From Promethearchaeia archaeon (lineage in GTDB: Archaea; Asgardarchaeota; Lokiarchaeia; Sigyniarchaeales; SOKP01), in NCBI GenBank assembly GCA_029856155.1, contig JAHQWL010000027.1, positions 1 to 51,969 of the forward strand: a stretch of 51,969 nt of DNA, read 5' to 3'. Below are positions 47,883-51,969 of the stretch, in pieces (the first letter of the stretch is position 1; every line of letters starts with the position of its first letter). Made by a program: the position numbers and the translations under genes. The notes below the pieces were generated by a model. It did no database searches and was not told the DNA's origin. It was given only the letters and a program-made list of their open reading frames with translations.

Positions 47883-48908
47883 TTATATTTGGAAAAACAT
47901 TAATTTTAAGACTACGTAAAATCCATAAAAACCTATTAATAGTGCAGCTTCCCACTGTTTAAGCTTTTTTTGAGACCACAAGAAAAAGAATGCAATTGAT
48001 AGGCCAATAAGAAGCATTGGTATATCGAATAATAATAATATTGGGGTTACGTTAAAATCAATTATTAATACACCTGATCCAGTTGCTAGAAGTATATCGC
48101 AGATATTAGAGCCTAAGATATCACCTATAGCAAGTCCACACGATCTCCGTCGTATAGCTGTTAAATCTGCTATAAGTTCGGGTAAACTCGTGCCTACCCC
48201 TACAATCAATATTCCAATTACATTTTCTGGAATATATAATTCTTTTGCTAAACTATGTGCTGATAGAAGTGTAATTTCAGCTCCAACTAATAAAATAAAA
48301 AGCCCTATTAAAAAAATGCCGATCTCTTTTCGGAGTGATGATGTTTTTAAGGGTGTTTCGATGATTTCAAGATCTTGAGGTTGTAATCTTTCTTTTTCCA
48401 AATTTTGGATATCCATTCTTGCTTTTGCTATTTTTTTTTCGCTCCAAATTATTATTAATAAGTATGCTATGTATATTATTATCATCATGATACCCTCTAT
48501 GCGAGATAAAACACCATCAATGGCAAATATTAAAAATATGAAGACTGAAAAAAACAACATTGGTCCTTCTCGTCTTAACTCCCATTTGCTAACCATAATA
48601 GCTTGGCTAACACCCAATATTCCCAAAATAAGAGTAATTTGGGTAAGAAATGATCCAATTTTATTTCCGATTACAATTCCATCTATAGTTGTATCTATTC
48701 CTGTTAATTTGTCGATTCCTCCCATGATGCTTACTGAGATTTCAGGTAAACTAGTTCCAATCGCTAAAATAGTGAGCCCCACTAATAAATGACTTATGCC
48801 AAAACGGTTAGCTATTCTTTCAAGTCCTATTATAGCAAATTTAGCGCCAAAATATAAGCCGATAAAACCTAATAGAAGAAATCCAATAATTAAAGTTAAT
48901 GTTAGCAA
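47883..48908 (-). CDS. Ca2+/cation antiporter (CaCA, YrbG/NCX_Mj-like)
   Basis: Two alpha repeats GTSLPE, ~10 TM, GDILGSN. Confidence 0.93.
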   Translation of the reverse strand: MLTLTLIIGFLLLGFIGLYFGAKFAIIGLERIANRFGISHLLVGLTILAIGTSLPEISVSIMGGIDKLTGIDTTIDGIVIGNKIGSFLTQITLILGILGVSQAIMVSKWELRREGPMLFFSVFIFLIFAIDGVLSRIEGIMMIIIYIAYLLIIIWSEKKIAKARMDIQNLEKERLQPQDLEIIETPLKTSSLRKEIGIFLIGLFILLVGAEITLLSAHSLAKELYIPENVIGILIVGVGTSLPELIADLTAIRRRSCGLAIGDILGSNICDILLATGSGVLIIDFNVTPILLLFDIPMLLIGLSIAFFFLWSQKKLKQWEAALLIGFYGFYVVLKLMFFQI

Positions 48909-49116
48909 CTTAGCTCCAATTTTTTTTGAAAGACTCCTATAAAGATAAAATTATTAAAGACAACAATTTTAAGAGTAAAATCTATATAAAGTTATCCATT
49001 CTTTATCCAGAAGTAATCCATATTATGGACTTAAACTATACATCTCCAATTTTATTCTGGATAAATATTCATTATGTTTTTATAGGTTTAATTCTCTTGA
49101 ATTGTATATTTGAAAT

Positions 49117-49346
49117 AATGCAAAATATGTAAAAAAATCCGATGTGGATTCATATATTTAGAATTTTATTTATCATATTTCAAGAAATTAAAAAAAAATT
49201 TGTTATTAATTTGGTTTTTGATTAATATAGATACTTAATAAATCTACATCTTCTCTATCGTTTTAAGAGTCGTATAATTATACCTAATAATGTAAGTATG
49301 CTTAATACTATATATGATACACATGTAATTACAAATGGACCTATCT
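49117..49346 (+). repeat. Direct-repeat copy B: relic MoxR 3' end + spacer + intact end of the 145-aa gene
   Basis: 49117-49161 translates NAKYVKKSDVDSYI* versus real YDKFVKKSDKDSNI*; the spacer tatcatatttcaagaaattaaaaaa is shared. Confidence 0.88.
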
Positions 49347-49692
49347 GTTCTCCTAGAGCTGACACAGCAGCAAATGCTTGTAATACTGTAGGCAACCAAA
49401 TTGATATAATAATAATATAAATAACCACTAGTCCAATGCCTATTCGATCTATTAATTTATATCGAGGGCTATTGACTTCCATTACTCCTATTAAGGTAAG
49501 TGTTTCAGCAAAAAACCAGTTAATAATTGGTATCATTAAAGCTAGAGCAAACGGAATTATATATTCAGTAGTAATATTTGCAAGAAGACTAGGACTCAAA
49601 CCGATCATAATAACTAACATCATTACTGATAACACTGTTATTAAACCGCTACATACTAAAATCAGAATATTACCTAATGGTGCAAATTTCAT
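49255..49692 (-). CDS. Four-TM membrane protein of unknown function
   Basis: 145 aa with four hydrophobic helices. Confidence 0.7.
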   Translation of the reverse strand: MKFAPLGNILILVCSGLITVLSVMMLVIMIGLSPSLLANITTEYIIPFALALMIPIINWFFAETLTLIGVMEVNSPRYKLIDRIGIGLVVIYIIIISIWLPTVLQAFAAVSALGEQIGPFVITCVSYIVLSILTLLGIIIRLLKR

Positions 49693-49896
49693 TGTTTAAC
49701 ACTTTTTAATTTGGATTTGAAATGTTTAAGTTATTTTTAGAATGATTTAAATCTTTAACATAAAAGTAAGTTTTAATAAAAAATTAATTAGAAACAGATT
49801 TTAATATCTAAAATTATTTATTCTAATTCAGAAAACTGAGATTTTTTTCAATTTATTATTATATTTTAAGGAAATATTTACTTAAATTAGAGCCAG

Positions 49897-51882
49897 ATGA
49901 TAGAACAGCCTTATATTAAATTTAAGAATATTTATGTTATTCCCACTTTTCATTCGCGTATAGAGTTTGCGAAATTGGTTCGAACAGCGTTATTTAAAGT
50001 ATTTCCTGATGTAATCGCTGTAGAACTTCCAAATAATATGCAAGATGAAGTAATGGAGGCTATTGAAAGATTACCTTTTTTATCTTTAATTGGATATGCT
50101 GATACATTAAATCCAAAAAGAATGAATTATATTCCAATAGATCCGGGAGATTCTATAATAGAAAGTATACGAATTGGTCTCGAACATAATATCCCAATCG
50201 AATTCATAGATCTCTCAGTCTCGGAGTATTTACCTCCAAGTTTCAGACTTCCGGATGACTATGCGATTAACCAAATTGGTCTTAATAAGTTTTACCTGCA
50301 AATATCAGAATATTTTAAAGAAGAGTTTAAGGATAAAAAAGAAATGCTTAAAGACAAGACAAATTTAGAAGATTTCCTTAAAAATCAAGAAAAATTTGAT
50401 AAAGAATATGATTATACTGAAAAAGATATTCTTAGAGAAAAATATATGGCAGCTCATCTTTTAAAGATGACACCTTTGTATCATAGGATTTTACTCATTA
50501 TTGGTATGGCTCATTGGGAGAACGTTAAATATTATTTAGAGAACCCAGAAAAAGTTCGAGATGTTGAATTGGATTTAATTCCTCATAAATTTGTAAAAAT
50601 ATACAATATAAGAGCATCTGATGCCAGATTTCTTTTAAAAGAAGTACCTTATCATACATATAAATGGTTAAAATTTAGAAAGAAGTTTTCTAGAGATAAA
50701 TTAGAAAATATTGAAACTCTCGAGGAAGTTTACAAAGTTCTGAATTCTTTTAATAAGATTGAACATATTAGAAAGATCTTGTTAAAAGCTAAATATGATT
50801 ATGAAGAGGAATTTAAAGAATTTGTAGATCTTCATAAATTAAAAACTCTTTTTCAATATTCAAGAAACCTCTCTTTATCAGACCGGAGATTATTGCCAAA
50901 TTTGTATCAACTATTAATAGCCTCAAAAAATATTGTTGATGATGATTATGCTTGGAAAGTTATGGAAAAAGCAACAAAATATCCTTTTAATGATGAAAGT
51001 GATAATTATGAAACAATGAAGATGAGTATGGAAGGTGGTTATGATCCAAGTGGTCGGTATATAAAATTACAAAGACATCATCCCTATAGTTATGGAAAAG
51101 AAAAAGATTTTCCTTTAAAGAAAAAACCCGAAGAAAAATATCCTGGTGAATGGAGAAATGAATGGGAGGAAGGAAAAGATATGACTGTTTCTTGGCCTCC
51201 TGAAGACATTCTAGAGGAAGACTACTTTGCTTTTATAAGAAAAAAAACAATCAAAAATTTAAAAAATCAGAGAATTAAAATAGAAGAATTCAAATCTAGC
51301 TTAATGGATGGAATTGCAATTAAGGAAACTATTAGGAATTGGGCTTTTAAAAAGAAAATTTATGTGCAGAATATTCAACAAATTCAAGGTAAAACCGATA
51401 CAATTGTAGTGATATTTGATAAGGATGATGGAGAAATAGAAAAATATCCGTATAAATTAACTTGGTGGGCAGAACATGATAGGGAGAGTGATATGGCTTT
51501 CTATGCAACAAATCCTGGAGATTATGTTATTGGTCCAGGGATTACGCATGTGGAAGTTGGAGGATTATTATCAATCTTTCCAGCATTATTTCTAAGATCA
51601 ATTTTTGACTCGTATATGGATTATGAGTATAAAGATACTAAGAATAAAGCAGAGCGTTTACTTAAGGCTGCCATTATTTATTCAAAAGAACGTTATGTAG
51701 CCTATGTAGCAGCAGAACCACCACGCAAGTATTTCTATTCACTTGCAGGAATCAAAAATCGCGAACTATTATATATTCCAATTGATAATTTTAGTAAAGA
51801 TTCGCTTAAAACAATTAAACATATTCACATACTTGCGGGAAGGGACAAAAGAAAAATTGCTCATAATTATATTTTTATATAA
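49897..51882 (+). CDS. Conserved MoxR-associated protein with N-terminal TraB/TIKI-like domain
   Basis: VIPTFH, IAVELP, REKYMA and IGMAHW parallel the TraB/GumN H-E-R-H motifs; C-terminal WWAEH..ES..AFYAT. Confidence 0.55.
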   Translation: MIEQPYIKFKNIYVIPTFHSRIEFAKLVRTALFKVFPDVIAVELPNNMQDEVMEAIERLPFLSLIGYADTLNPKRMNYIPIDPGDSIIESIRIGLEHNIPIEFIDLSVSEYLPPSFRLPDDYAINQIGLNKFYLQISEYFKEEFKDKKEMLKDKTNLEDFLKNQEKFDKEYDYTEKDILREKYMAAHLLKMTPLYHRILLIIGMAHWENVKYYLENPEKVRDVELDLIPHKFVKIYNIRASDARFLLKEVPYHTYKWLKFRKKFSRDKLENIETLEEVYKVLNSFNKIEHIRKILLKAKYDYEEEFKEFVDLHKLKTLFQYSRNLSLSDRRLLPNLYQLLIASKNIVDDDYAWKVMEKATKYPFNDESDNYETMKMSMEGGYDPSGRYIKLQRHHPYSYGKEKDFPLKKKPEEKYPGEWRNEWEEGKDMTVSWPPEDILEEDYFAFIRKKTIKNLKNQRIKIEEFKSSLMDGIAIKETIRNWAFKKKIYVQNIQQIQGKTDTIVVIFDKDDGEIEKYPYKLTWWAEHDRESDMAFYATNPGDYVIGPGITHVEVGGLLSIFPALFLRSIFDSYMDYEYKDTKNKAERLLKAAIIYSKERYVAYVAAEPPRKYFYSLAGIKNRELLYIPIDNFSKDSLKTIKHIHILAGRDKRKIAHNYIFI

Positions 51883-51969
51883 TTATTTTCAGAAAATTTT
51901 ACCTCTATTGTTAAAATAATAACCAATTAAGTTAAGAACAATACATTTCTTTTCATATTCTTTAAATTC

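Noticed and set aside
471-48792. Short ORFs overlapping longer genes (e.g. 471..692, 6774..7115, 10114..10461, 11784..12116, 26115..26432, 48469..48792)
   Set aside because: They are antisense or alternate-frame shadows of well-supported genes and have no motifs.
48926-49132. 68-aa ORF
   Set aside because: It has a TTG start, spans the antiporter promoter, the inverted repeat and the MoxR relic, and shows no protein-like features.
37353-49346. Repeats as assembly artefacts
   Set aside because: Copies are clearly diverged (64/78 nt for the best-preserved pair) with codon-structured differences, unlike duplicated reads. A chimeric co-assembly cannot be fully excluded without reads.
1-51969. 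tRNA, rRNA and transposase genes
   Set aside because: No GC-rich structured segment or DDE/HUH/tyrosine-recombinase ORF was seen.

Overview
AT-rich archaeal chromosomal segment, very probably from a Lokiarchaeia (Asgard) genome. It carries a Loki-type profilin, six Rab-like small GTPases, several longin-like proteins, two V4R proteins, Cdc48/p97, TBP and PSTK, plus housekeeping and metabolic genes (argS, agmatinase, deoxyhypusine synthase, peptidases, acyl-CoA ligase, an RdhA-like protein). I saw no tRNA, rRNA, CRISPR array or transposase. The most unusual signal is non-coding. At two independent loci (37.3-40.3 kb and 47.5-49.8 kb), single reverse-strand genes are stacked between degenerate ~80-300 bp direct repeats that are copies of the flanking core-gene ends. 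These relics mostly stay in frame, the best-preserved one differs mainly at synonymous sites, and the first locus has a hairpin in the repeat unit. This looks like integrase-less gene-cassette stacking anchored on core-gene termini. Other highlights are two GTPase-V4R clusters (one with thioredoxin), a palindromic operator shared by a surface-protein gene and a wHTH regulator, and LITAF-like, 7TM-C4C4 and membrane-longin proteins. All family calls come from reading motifs, not from database searches.
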